NCBI RefSeq assembly: GCF_001194135.2
Contig: NC_068984.1
Coordinates: 125,418,049 to 125,450,984, forward strand
Direction: 5' to 3'
DNA from: Octopus bimaculoides
Lineage: Eukaryota
Length of the DNA stretch: 32,936 bases
The notes below the pieces were generated by a model. That model was not told the DNA's origin. It saw only the letters and a list, made by a program, of their open reading frames with translations, and ran no database searches. Below, piece by piece: positions 1-31,472 of the stretch. The translations under genes and the position numbers were made by a program. Positions within the stretch are counted from its first letter, which is position 1; each line of letters begins with the position of its first letter.

Positions 1-52
<52 letters not shown>
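1..52. repeat. (TG)n microsatellite
   Basis: Direct reading. Confidence 0.98.
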
Positions 53-55
<3 letters not shown>

Positions 56-436
56 AGTGAAGGAGAGAAAGAGATACCGACAGAAGGAGGTTATGCAGAT
101 CTAGAATGAATTACACAGATACATTCAGGTCCATAAACGTGCGTGTGCGTGTGAGTGTATGCATGTATTTGTGTGTATGTATATGTGTATGCATGTATAT
201 GTGTATGGATGTGTGTGTGTGTGTGCGTGCGTGCGAGTTTGTGTGTTTGCATGTGTATATTTGTGTCCGCATACTTCAATATATGTTCTTATGCTTGTAT
301 GCAGTGCATGTATGCCCGTTATTTCTTTACCTCGCAGGAATTCTTAAAACAGCAACGTCTGGTATGGACGAAGCACTATCTTCTGTTTCATACATCTACT
401 AATTCTATATATTCATTTGCACATACGCGCGACAAC

Positions 437-496
<60 letters not shown>

Positions 497-518
497 TACT
501 GCTGCTGCTGTTGTTGTT
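437..518. repeat. compound (AGT)n-(CTG)n-(TTG)n microsatellite
   Basis: Direct reading. Confidence 0.95.
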
Positions 519-1322
519 GAAGTTATCGTTGATAATGATGATGTCTTTGTCGTTGATATTGTAAATGAAATCCATCCTCATTGAGCAATGATAAGAGATA
601 TTGGGGTCATGAGTTTTTTTATGTTTATTTATATATTTAATTATCGGTAATAGTGTAGCCTTAGACTACATTATTCAATGTGTCTTAAAGTGGCAGGATG
701 TGGTTAGACAGAGATTTGGCTGCTGTTTCTACCACATGGAGCTGTCATATAATGTTTCTTTCGTTGGCTTCATAGTAGTTGTAAGTAACATATATGTTCT
801 ACAGCAATATTTATAGATGATATTTTAATGGATGTAATACGAATGTTCACTTTTATCTGGTAGGGCAAAATGGCCATTACATGGGAGAAGTGTATACTCT
901 AAAAATATATTCCTTACTGCACTGTTTGACACTCATAAGTATTGGCGTTGTTTAGTAACACTAAGTCTACAACGATGTTTTGATTAAAGGATATAGTAAT
1001 AAGTATATCGTTTCCAAGAAATGCATTGCTAGAATTCGACAAGGGTTATGCGGTTCGTTATTCCAGCCGATGGGACGTGTCTCAAGACTTTTCTAAGATA
1101 CTATCGTCAACATTTTGATAAACCTTTATGTATTATATGATAGTAGGCTCGTGAGAGCAGTGCCATGAGTAAACAAACGTTTAGATCAGTTCAAATACGT
1201 TTGAGACAATAAGTCTTAGAGTAAGATTTAAAATAATCCCAGGGTTATATCAAGAAAACCTTCCGACTTATTGACATTGTATCTCACACCAACACCTTTC
1301 AACTTCTTACAGAGAGAGTGGG

Positions 1323-1325
<3 letters not shown>

Positions 1326-1373
<48 letters not shown>

Positions 1374-1404
1374 AGCGAGAGAGTGAGAGAGTGAGAGAGA
1401 GAGA
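1326..1404. repeat. (TG)n/(GA)n microsatellite
   Basis: Direct reading. Confidence 0.95.
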
Positions 1405-2624
1405 GTCTTGTTAGTTTAGCTTTTCTACATTCATTATTTTCCACCTTTACTTCTACAGCTGCTCCTCAGAGATAGAGTTCACGTTAATATAACTTTAACC
1501 CCAATCCTGTACGTTGTCTTTAACCCTGACATCGTTCTTCTAAGTTGTTAAGTACAAAACCACTGTCCTGCTATGTGTGCTTCTCAAATATTCTCTAGCA
1601 ACCTCTGGCTTCCTGTAAATCTCCATTATGAATCACAAAATGGCAAGAGGATTACTTATTCCTTTTCAGTCTTGTTATCCATGGTTTATTACTATGGTGT
1701 TTAGTTAGGATCCCAGGTCATGTACGAGAAAGCTAACCAGTAACCAATCACGTCCTTTTATCATGCACTCTCTAATATTTCTTTCTTTTTCTCTGTAAGC
1801 TGTAAGGTAGGTTGCGGGAGATTTAGTAGATATTTTCATCTGTCGACTAAAGGCGCAGTTGTTCAGGTGCTGTCACTAATCAAGCTATCTCATTTCTCTC
1901 AAATTGTTTTATTCTTTAGGCGCACAACTCATAGACCGAATCATCGAACACATGCGGCTCAAACACGTGTTTCATTATCTTACAGTGCTAAGTTCAATTT
2001 ATCTTGTTGATCTAAAGAAGTATTCGAGGATAATAGTTGCTCTGCACATAAACACATGCTTCTTCATCTGACGGTAAGTAGGAAATGTCTTCAACACACA
2101 ATATAACTCGTAATGAATTCTTTATTATGGATCTATGTTGTGGACAGGCGTATAACATATATGGAATTATGTCTAGTATCTCAGCTGTAGAAACATATAA
2201 AATATATTAGACGAAATACTGAATTTTATAAGATAGCTATATAGCAGTAAGAAACTCTAGGGAAGGCTGAACAACAGAAAGTTTTCAGAAAATAAGCTCC
2301 ATCCCTTTCCATGCAAATGTTCCAGCTTGTAACCCGTTACACTTAATAAAAAGTGGGTCACATCGAGGCCATGATTTCTGGATAATCCGCTGCTGTTACA
2401 TTCTGTGCTGCTATCTACATTGCAACCCTCCTGGGTGGTGATTAAGGTGACTCCTATCCAAGGTTTTTTAAGTATTGCAACTGGTTCATTGGAAGACAGA
2501 AGCTGACTTTAGGTAAATTATGTCTTTTGAAATTCACTTTCATTCCTCCTTGACCAAACCCTGTTTGAAACTGTTCTCAGCAAAACAGACCAACACAATA
2601 AGTCCCCGTCCCCACAACCGCTAA

Positions 2625-2721
2625 AAAGAAAATAAGTACTGAGGTCGATTGTTTTATTAAAACCTTTCAAGGCGCTGCTCCAGCATGGCCGCAGTTCACT
2701 GACTGAAACAAGTAAAAGATA
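2625..2721 (+). mobile_element. 3' tail fragment of SINE family A
   Basis: aataagtactgaggtcgat...ctccagcatggccgcagt...actgaaacaagtaaaa matches the tail of the full copy at 10620-10700. Confidence 0.75.
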
Positions 2722-3102
2722 ATTGTTTACCATATTTGTATAATCATTAATAAGATAACATGTCTTCCAAGAAGCTAAAGTATTAGCATGGACTCTCTGA
2801 AGCTTATTTTAGACGGCTTTTATTTTCAAAAATCTGGGACACACCGTCCGGTATCTACTTGGCTGAAGGTACGAAGAAACCATGAAATTAAAATATTGTT
2901 TACTCACACGGCTACGTAAAGAATTTCGAGGAGGTATATCAGTCCAAGGGAAATAACGTCTTTGTTTAGGAGAGAGAATTTCTACTCAAGGGACACAACT
3001 TTGCCATTTTCTTATCGAAATAGAATGCGATGACAATTTATGTTAGTCTGCAGCAGCAATTACTGACAGTTTCAAAATTAATAAAGAACTTCAAAAACTT
3101 CT

Positions 3103-3303
<201 letters not shown>

Positions 3304-3305
3304 AA

Positions 3306-3799
3306 ACGCCCTGATGCAGTACCAGGCAGTTGCTCTGATGGGTTCTGATCTTAACTGATTGGAAGTGTTATCATGTACATTGTTTTGTCTCGGTATAAAA
3401 GACCGTAACCAGTTGAGCATATTCCTTACTGGTTGACGATATGTCCGGTCAAGAGCAGAAGTAGTGGGGGAGCATCATAGCCATGTGTTGAGAGGAATTC
3501 TTTGTGGTTTGAATAATTCCCCTTTGGAAACATGTGTGTTTTGCTCAACATCCTTAAACAAACCTTATTCAGGGACCTTTTGAGCAGATGGGTTACTCGA
3601 CCTGAAGAAAATTCTAACTGGGCCCCACCTGCAAGGTTATGCGCTGTTTATCTTGACATGAGATCATCATGTCACGCACATATGGTTGTGATGCATGTGC
3701 CTGGTGTACCCTTATCAGACGGGTAGTCATGATGGGTATAATGGGCTTCGTATATTTCACCCCAGTGTCACTTTGATGGCATGCACTGCTCTCTCACTC
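3306..3799. mobile_element. ~500-bp non-coding interspersed element between (TAA)n tracts
   Basis: Balanced-GC, complex sequence bounded by (TAA)n on the left and aatgataat plus a gap on the right. It resembles a high-copy Octopus repeat as I recall it. No credible ORF; orientation unresolved. Confidence 0.55.
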
Positions 3800-4314
3800 A
3801 ATGATAATNNNNNNNNNNNNNNNNNNNNNNNNNNNNNNNNNNNNNNNNNNNNNNNNNNNNNNNNNNNNNNNNNNNNNNNNNNNNNNNNNNNNNNNNNNNN
3901 NNNNNNNNNNNNNNNNNNNNNNNNNNNNNNNNNNNNNNNNNNNNNNNNNNNNNNNNNNNNNNNNNNNNNNNNNNNNNNNNNNNNNNNNNNNNNNNNNNNN
4001 NNNNNNNNNNNNNNNNNNNNNNNNNNNNNNNNNNNNNNNNNNNNNNNNNNNNNNNNNNNNNNNNNNNNNNNNNNNNNNNNNNNNNNNNNNNNNNNNNNNN
4101 NNNNNNNNNNNNNNNNNNNNNNNNNNNNNNNNNNNNNNNNNNNNNNNNNNNNNNNNNNNNNNNNNNNNNNNNNNNNNNNNNNNNNNNNNNNNNNNNNNNN
4201 NNNNNNNNNNNNNNNNNNNNNNNNNNNNNNNNNNNNNNNNNNNNNNNNNNNNNNNNNNNNNNNNNNNNNNNNNNNNNNNNNNNNNNNNNNNNNNNNNNNN
4301 NNNNNNNNNNNNNN

Positions 4315-5883
4315 GATGCAATTTGGCCTTGATAAATGTGCAAAAGCTACCTTTATCAAAGGAAAAAATGACAAATACATCTAATGTGAACCTTGACCAG
4401 CAAAATGTCATAAAAGAGTTAGAACCAGCGGAGAGCTACAAATACCTAGGGGTAATTGAAGGGGACAATATCAAGCACTCAGTAATGAAGGAAAGGATCA
4501 GAAAAGAATGTTATCGCAGGGTGAGAACAATACTGAAGACAGAGCTGAACGCGAGAAACAGGATCGAAGCGATCAATGCTCTAGCCATACCAGTCGTGAC
4601 TTACAGTTTCAACATCGTTAACTGGTCAATTACTGAAATATGTAATGTTGACAGAAAAATACGAAAACTGTTGACAATGCATAGAATGCACCACCCTAAG
4701 GCAGATATAGAACGTCTTTATCTGCCAAGAAAAGAGGGAGGCCGAGGACTTCTACAGCTGGCATTATCAATGAAGGTAGCCANNNNNNNNNNNNNNNNNN
4801 NNNNNNNNNNNNNNNNNNNNNNNNNNNNNNNNNNNNNNNNNNNNNNNNNNNNNNNNNNNNNNNNNNNNNNNNNNNNNNNNNNNNNNNNNNNNNNNNNNNN
4901 NNNNNNNNNNNNNNNNNNNNNNNNNNNNNNNNNNNNNNNNNNNNNNNNNNNNNNNNNNNNNNNNNNNNNNNNNNNNNNNNNNNNNNNNNNNNNNNNNNNN
5001 NNNNNNNNNNNNNNNNNNNNNNNNNNNNNNNNNNNNNNNNNNNNNNNNNNNNNNNNNNNNNNNNNNNNNNNNNNNNNNNNNNNNNNNNNNNNNNNNNNNN
5101 NNNNNNNNNNNNNNNNNNNNNNNNNNNNNNNNNNNNNNNNNNNNNNNNNNNNNNNNNNNNNNNNNNNNNNNNNNNNNNNNNNNNNNNNNNNNNNNNNNNN
5201 NNNNNNNNNNNNNNNNNNNNNNNNNNNNNNNNNNNNNNNNNNNNNNNNNNNNNNNNNNNNNNNNNNNNNNNNNNNNNNNNNNNNNNNNNNNNNNNNNNNN
5301 NNNNNNNNNNNNNNNNNNNNNNNNNNNNNNNNNNNNNNNNNNNNNNNNNNNNNNNNNNNNNNNNNNNNNNNNNNNNNNNNNNNNNNNNNNNNNNNNNNNN
5401 NNNNNNNNNNNNNNNNNNNNNNNNNNNNNNNNNNNNNNNNNNNNNNNNNNNNNNNNNNNNNNNNNNNNNNNNNNNNNNNNNNNNNNNNNNNNNNNNNNNN
5501 NNNNNNNNNNNNNNNNNNNNNNNNNNNNNNNNNNNNNNNNNNNNNNNNNNNNNNNNNNNNGGGCTGATTACTACCTAGCTCAGATACCAGGAAACTCCAA
5601 AATGGCTGAAGTTCAAAAGATAGTGCTCATGGGAACTGCCCATATCCTACGTAAAATACTGTCTATGTGATCTCAAATTTTAAAGCAAACACATAATTTT
5701 CTTATGGTTTCTTAAACATTCACTTGAACAAAACTGTACAAATCCAAATATATGGTACCCTAGGCATAACACCTACATGAACTTCTAACTTGTCTCTTGA
5801 GGTCTCTGGGTGAGACTTGGATCCAACTTGTACAAATGCAAAACAAAAGTCAAACATAAAATAATAATAATAATAATAATAAT
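4315..5883 (+). mobile_element. R4/Dong-like RLE non-LTR retrotransposon, 3' part (RT thumb, gap, RLE C-terminus, 3'UTR, (TAA)n tail)
   Basis: MQFGLDKCA, YKYLG, INALAIPVVTYSF and HPKADIERLYLPRKEGGRGL at 4316-4782. After the gap, QKIVLMGTAHILRKILSM* at 5563-5670. One extra A in the run 4363-4368 shifts the frame. (TAA)n at 5860-5883. Confidence 0.88.
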
Positions 5884-5894
5884 TGATCGGAAGT

Positions 5895-5972
5895 GTTATA
5901 TAACGTAAAGACGGACGAAACGCCGCTAAGCATTTTGTCCTGCATGCTGAGAATTCTGACACCTCACCGCCT
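5895..5972 (-). mobile_element. SINE family B head fragment
   Basis: Reverse complement matches aaggcgg...gaatcgttagca...tgcttagcggcatttcgtccgtctttacgtt of the family B copies. Confidence 0.65.
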
Positions 5973-6791
5973 TAGGGGCTACAAATATCAGTAACTAATA
6001 CACATACACCAACGATTTTCCGGAACTTCAGGGTTTTCAATTTCTCAAGAGTGAACTTATTAATTCCACAAAAACACCTCGGAGCACCTAAATATATTCC
6101 TCTCCCGTCTCTAAAGTGCCATGCACTGACAGGAGTTTAAAGCCTAAATTAAATAAATGTTAACTGATTAAATGAAATACAAGTATGTACATGTTACGCT
6201 ATTATTAATGTAGACTTTGTCAATGAAACAGGATTGTTAATTAAACACAGCTGTATTAAATGCAGATTTACAGTGTATTAAATCAGTTAATGAAATGGCA
6301 AAAGGAGGGTACTGCAGAGCTAATCTCAAACGTCTGGCGGATGATCGTTCCAAGGACCGTTGTCTGTTTCATAGAAACCCATTAACTTTTGGATTTAGTA
6401 AATTCTAACATTCTACCACGTAGTGATCCTTTTGTTATCCCTCCTAAAATTTAGATTGCGTGTGTCTATGATATTTAATGTAAATTACTGACGAGACAGC
6501 AGAATTAACTTTTCATAATAAAACTTATTATGGATTACTACGTTCGTAAATTAATTAAATAAACAGTCTCAGTCGTCTGTCACGTTTACTACATGACCTC
6601 ACTGAGAAGAGTAACAAAGGGATGATGATGAAAATTTATTAATTTTCATCAGCAATTGAATACTCTATATTTTATAGCAACTGTGGAATTGCATCTATCA
6701 CAACTGTTGTTAAGCTTCATATATGCGTATCTAGTAAACTGACGTGAATATTAGGTACATTTTCAATTGTTCTGTATGTAAAGGACTAACG

Positions 6792-7538
6792 TGCCTATAG
6801 TGTTCGTATTTCCCACTAAAGGCTACGATGGGAAGAACCATGGTTCAGAATTAGCTTCTCAGCTACATACTTCCCCTTCAGTGGCTGGTGGAAAGATCCC
6901 GGAGGGCTTTGAAGAAGAGTGGGGGTGATAATGAGGTGACCAAAAGGGGGCTGATGTATGCAAAAAAGTCAGCAAGTAAAGGGTTAATTAGGTTAAGTTT
7001 TATTTGTAAAATACAGTTGTTTTGAATTTGTTGTAGAAAGTAGTCTATGTTTGTGGTGATGAGTGGTGGGGGTGCTAGAAATGTGGCCCTGGTGTCAAGG
7101 AGGCAGAAGCTTGAAAACGTTTGGGCACCACTGGCCTAATCTATGATTTGGAAGGACCATGGTTCAGAATTAGCTTCTCAGCTACATACATTCCTGTTTG
7201 ATTTGAGTGGTGACACCTTGGGAAAGTGTCTTTTGTTATATCTTCGACTCGATCAAAATCTAGCGAATAAAATTTTAGTAGAAACAAGCTACGAGGACCT
7301 TAGGTGAAACGTCTACACGGACCTACGAGAAACGTCTACGCGGAACTTGGGTGGCTTTAGTGTTCACTCACAACACAACGGTAGGTCCAGAGTCATAGTA
7401 GAAAAGACTTGCTCAAGGTGCTGTGCAGTGGGACTGAACCCGAAATCACGTGGTTGCATAATGAACATCTTAACCACAGAGACATACCTGCGCCTACATT
7501 GGTACAATCTTTAGTGGGAAATACAAACGCTATAGGCA
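6792..7538. repeat. inverted-repeat-flanked insertion: 30-bp IRs (6792-6821, 7509-7538) enclosing a copy of intron-10 DNA
   Basis: IR arms match 28/30. 6868-7513 matches 9030-9676 with about 6 substitutions and 1 indel by eye. Confidence 0.9.
7384..7495 (-). mobile_element. SINE family A tRNA-like head (duplicated at 9546-9657)
   Basis: Reverse complement aggcgcagg...gtggttaag...gggttcagtcccactgcacagcaccttgagcaag matches 10301-10390. Confidence 0.8.
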
Positions 7539-7627
7539 GTCATTACTGCGTTCATAGAATAACTTGGCAATTATTATTTGATTGCTGATGAAGGTTAATA
7601 AATTAGTAACAGTGTTAGTTTATCGAG

Positions 7628-7860
7628 TGAAGGCACGTGGCCTGGCAGTTAGGTTGTTGCACTCACGATCGCTAGATCGTTGATTCGATTCCCCGACCGG
7701 GCGGCTCCTTGTGTTCTTGAACAAAACACTTGCTCCCCCTTTCTGTCAGTGGGGAATTGTTGGCCTGCTCGCCTAGCCAGCGGGGAGGCGTCATGCGAAG
7801 GTTAAAACGATGCAAAGCGCATTGTGACTAGCAATGTGTAACAACATCTGATAGTCTGAA
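7628..7860 (+). mobile_element. tRNA-derived SINE family C
   Basis: A-box-like tggcctggcagttagg, B-box-like gattcgattcc, then tgtgttcttgaacaaaacactt. Head shared with 14275-14584. Confidence 0.7.
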
Positions 7861-8557
7861 TAGTGAAGTTGTTAGTTTATTTAATGAATATGATGGACAT
7901 GTACAGCTGTCTCATGTATCTAGTAGAACTTAATTAAATTTATTTAATCAATTTGCGAGCGCAGTGGTAGTTAAAATCCTAGCGCATACACCATACTAAC
8001 TATTAGCATGATATTTCAGAAATTCTTTGAATCTACTCCATATCAGTGTGTTGTTACCTGCTGAATGATAATTGGTCAGACAAGATTGTAGTTGTTCGTT
8101 TTTCTCAAATTGTGAGATATATTTCTAAAAGCAAATGATGGATGGTTTGCATTACTGCGTTTATGTAAAAAATCGAGGCGTTTGGTTAAATGTAAGCCTG
8201 GAAGTTTTTGTTGTTATTATAGAATGTTAACGTTTCAGAAATTGACTGTTTTGAGATACCCCTTATTGCTATTTGTTAAAGTTCATGTCGTTTAACAGTT
8301 GGATGTAAGCTATAGCTTCAGAGATAGTGGTAACTAACCACAAAATGAGATCGCAAAGAGGAAAATAACTGCAGCTCAACTGTCTACTCGGTTGAGAGAA
8401 CAACAGCAACAACAATAAAAGCAACTTCAACTACAACATGAACAACAACAGTATATTGCTTAACACAGTTGTCAGAACTTTCAGAGAATAATTTTTTGTG
8501 CATAAAAGCAAAGTAAATGCATTGTTCATAGTTAAAAATACAGTTAAGTTATAACAA

Positions 8558-8563
8558 TTTATT
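8558..8563 (-). promoter_or_regulatory. candidate polyadenylation signal AATAAA for SLCO
   Basis: AATAAA on the minus strand about 110 nt after the stop. The sequence is AT-rich and other candidates exist (e.g. 7876-7881). Confidence 0.25.
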
Positions 8564-8675
8564 TCAATATCCGATATTTTCTGCAAAATCGAGTTATAAG
8601 AGTTATTCAGAGAGAAAATAAATCATGTTTCCAAGAGGTTAATGAAGATGGTGTCGTGTTATCAGGTTCCAAATT

Positions 8676-27875
<19,200 letters not shown>

Positions 27876-27953
27876 GTTTGGAGATAATTATCTAAACAAA
27901 GTAAAACATATATACATGCATATACATATGTGTGCGAGCGTAATGTGTGTGTG

Positions 27954-28171
27954 TGAGTGGGGTGCTGAAAAGTTCCTGGCTTTCAGGGTATCGCGAAAAG
28001 CCTGGTTTGAGGCCCAAACTTCCGAGTTCTTTTACAGCGCTTAGAAAAACTGAAGGACAGCTGCAATAAGTGCGTGAATCTGAGAGAGGAATACGTTGAA
28101 TAAAACCATAATTAACTGATTCTCCTGTATGTTCTTTTACTCAAAGCCAGGAACTTTTCAGCACACCCTCG
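27954..28171 (+). mobile_element. mariner-derived MITE
   Basis: TIRs gtgctgaaaagttcctggcttt / aaagccaggaacttttcagcac with TA after the right end. Internal EKLKDSCNKCVNLREEYVE* resembles a mariner transposase C-terminus. Confidence 0.85.
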
Positions 28172-28909
28172 TATATATATGTAATATGCTAAACTTGCTA
28201 AAAAAGAGTAATGAACTTTCCATAGGGAGTGAAAAATCCGATGTTTCAGAGTCCTTCTTCAGGAGAAAGATGTAAGGAGACAAATTACCATTATTGTTAC
28301 TATGTGTGCATGTGTGTGCGTGCGCCCGCGCGTGCGCGTGTATCTGGGTTTGGTTTTACAGACAGAAGAAACAGGGCTCAATACATAAAGTACATATATA
28401 TATATATACACATATATGTATACACATATACACATATATATATGCNNNNNNNNNNNNNNNNNNNNNNNNNNNNNNNNNNNNNNNNNNNNNNNNNNNNNNN
28501 NNNNNNNNNNNNNNNNNNNNNNNNNNNNNNNNNNNNNNNNNNNNNGTGAAATACATCAACACAATTTATTTTCATTTCCACATTCGTCTGAATTTCTAGT
28601 TTCATGTCATTGTAATAAATTATCGACATCACATTCTTATAATATTACATGTGTGTTCATGTATGTAATTGCATATATTTAGACGTATGTATGTTTTCCG
28701 TTACTGATGTTGTTGTTGTTGTTGTAGCTGTTAAGACCGCCTCTAATAAGCAAGACTATGGTGTCACTATAATTTGGTTCGCTTAAGCTGAATATCACAA
28801 AAGATCTTCCTAACATTTTGTCTCGCAACACTTGCTTATAACAATATCATTTAAGTTAACATTAGATTCGTGCAGCTATAATCTGATTCATTCGCAAATA
28901 ATCACAGAT

Positions 28910-28912
<3 letters not shown>

Positions 28913-28966
<54 letters not shown>
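28913..28966. repeat. (CA)n microsatellite
   Basis: Direct reading. Confidence 0.95.
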
Positions 28967-29685
28967 NNNNNNNNNNNNNNNNNNNNNNNNNNNNNNNNNN
29001 NNNNNNNNNNNNNNNNNNNNNNNNNNNNNNNNNNNNNNNNNNNNNNNNNNNNNNNNNNNNNNNNNNNNNNNNNNNNNNNNNNNNNNNNNNNNNNNNNNNN
29101 NNNNNNNNNNNNNNNNNNNNNNNNNNNNNNNNNNNNNNNNNNNNNNNNNNNNNNNNNNNNNNNNNNNNNNNNNNNNNNNNNNNNNNNNNNNNNNNNNNNN
29201 NNNNNNNNNNNNNNNNNNNNNNNNNNNNNNNNNNNNNNNNNNNNNNNNNNNNNNNNNNNNNNNNNNNNNNNNNNNNNNNNNNNNNNNNNNNNNNNNNNNN
29301 NNNNNNNNNNNNNNNNNNNNNNNNNNNNNNNNNNNNNNNNNNNNNNNNNNNNNNNNNNNNNNNNNNNNNNNNNNNNNNNNNNNNNNNNNNNNNNNNNNNN
29401 NNNNNNNNNNNNNNNNNNNNNNNNNNNNNNNNNNNNNNNNNNNNNNNNNNNNNNNNNNNNNNNNNNNNNNNNNNNNNNNNNNNNNNNNNNNNNNNNNNNN
29501 NNNNNNNNNNNNNNNNNNNNNNNNNNNNNNNNNNNNNNNNNNNNNNNNNNNNNNNNNNNNNNNNNNNNNNNNNNNNNNNNNNNNNNNNNNNNNNNNNNNN
29601 NNNNNNNNNNNNNNNNNNNNNNNNNNNNNNNNNNNNNNNNNNNNNNNNNNNNNNNNNNNNNNNNNNNNNNNNNNNNNNNNNNNNN

Positions 29686-29968
29686 ACACCTAAAGCTCCA
29701 CGAGACTCCGGCAGGGGACGGTGGCGAACCCTGCTCTACTCTTTCACCACAACTTTCTCTCACTCTTACTTCTTGTTTCTGTTGTACCTGTAATTCAAAG
29801 GGTCAGCCTTGTCACACTGTGTCACGCTGAATATCCCCGAGAACTACGTTAAGGGTACACGTGTCTGCGGAATGCTCAGCCACTTGCACGTTAATTTCAT
29901 GAGCAGGCTGTTCCGCTGATCGGATCAACTGGAACCCTCGACGTCGTAAGCGACGGAGTGCCAACAAA
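29686..29968 (+). mobile_element. SINE/LINE 3' region related to the family C tail
   Basis: 29790-29940 matches the reverse complement of 14280-14440 (gtcacgctgaat, gtacacgtgt, gagcaggctgttcc, gatcaactgga). Confidence 0.75.
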
Positions 29969-30279
29969 TGTGCGGACATTACTACAAATTACAGCGATGC
30001 CCAAATCTTTCAAAACTGATGACATTTATGCACTTCTGAGATGTTCGTGTCTCTGTCTGATGGGTAGATTGTCACCATTTTATATTTTTAATTTCGTGCA
30101 TATGCATTGTCTGTTTATGATTTTGTCGAATACACAGTATACTGGGGTCAGTTGGGCACCGTCTGTGAGAAAAACAGCAGTATGACGTAATTAACTCTGC
30201 CAGAAGTTTGGCAATGACATGCTGTACTACTTGGCATTCGTGCCGGAAGTTCTAATACGAACATTTCAGAGTGTTTGTG

Positions 30280-30917
30280 TGTCAATCTGAGGACATGTAC
30301 CAAGAGCGATAAAAATCAAACGTCCAATCAACATCATGGTGTTTGGAGTGATCACTAGTGATGACAACGTTATGTCTCCATTCATCTTTCCACACAGCCT
30401 CAAACCCAACAGGGAAGCATATATCAAGTGCCTGAGGGGTAGGCTGCCCTGGGTCAAGAGGGTGGCTGCTGGAAAACCCTGTGTCTAGCAAGAGGACTTT
30501 GCACCATACCACACGAGCAGGAGAACCCAGTCATGGCTGTCAGTCAATTTCTGCGACCACATCACATCTAACAACTGTCCGCCTAACTCCCCAGACTGCA
30601 AACCCCCTTGATTATTATGTGTGGGGCACAGTAGAGCGAGAGACCAACAAAACTCCTTGAAACACTAGAAATGAACAAAAAAGGATTATGGTGGCATTCA
30701 CCAACTTAAACAAGAACACCGACCAGAAGAGTTGCAGGAGATTTCGAAGTCGTCTGGAGACCGTGGTTGAAGCCAATGGTGATTTGATTGAATAAATTTA
30801 CTCGTTAGTATTTGAAGATATTTTTTAATGTAATTTTGGTAAATATATCTGCTAAAAAGAGATGTCAGTGTTATTTTCATTTTTGCTTAATTTAGACAAT
30901 TTATTCACCGCACCCTG
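30280..30917 (+). mobile_element. maT / DD37D Tc1-mariner relic, 5'-truncated
   Basis: RPINIMVFGVITSD, QED-FAPYH...PPNSPDC(N)PLD-YYVWG. 112 nt (37 codons plus one inserted base) separate the D codons at 30495 and 30610. Stop at 30793; right end ...CACCCTG at 30917. Confidence 0.85.
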
Positions 30918-31008
30918 TGTATATATGCATATTTATACACATGCCTTCACACACAGACACACACTCACTTACAGACATACACATAGATAAATACATATAT
31001 GTATGCAT

Positions 31009-31009
<1 letters not shown>

Positions 31010-31077
<68 letters not shown>
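31010..31077. repeat. (CA)n microsatellite
   Basis: Direct reading. Confidence 0.95.
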
Positions 31078-31472
31078 NNNNNNNNNNNNNNNNNNNNNNN
31101 NNNNNNNNNNNNNNNNNNNNNNNNNNNNNNNNNNNNNNNNNNNNNNNNNNNNNNNNNNNNNNNNNNNNNNNNNNNNNNNNNNNNNNNNNNNNNNNNNNNN
31201 NNNNNNNNNNNNNNNNNNNNNNNNNNNNNNNNNNNNNNNNNNNNNNNNNNNNNNNNNNNNNNNNNNNNNNNNNNNNNNNNNNNNNNNNNNNNNNNNNNNN
31301 NNNNNNNNNNNNNNNNNNNNNNNNNNNNNNNNNNNNNNNNNNNNNNNNNNNNNNNNNNNNNNNNNNNNNNNNNNNNNNNNNAACAAAAAAACAACAAAGT
31401 GAGGACGTGATATGGATAGTATTATTGGACGCTCAGGAAAGGAAAGAGAAAGTGTATGTATATATATATCCA

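Noticed and set aside
3690-3790. Possible twister or HDV-like fold at the end of the TAA-flanked element (minus strand)
   Set aside because: Small hairpins only; I could not assemble the required pseudoknots by eye.
7288-7345. ctacgaggaccttaggtgaaacgtc, superficially hammerhead-like, with a short tandem repeat (also at 9450-9507)
   Set aside because: No CUGANGA-like core in register with the stem; it lies in a decayed SINE segment.
6792-7538. Classification as a bona fide MITE or Pack-MULE
   Set aside because: No 2-9 bp target-site duplication at any TIR boundary tried and no second copy of the IR in the window. Kept only as an alternative hypothesis.
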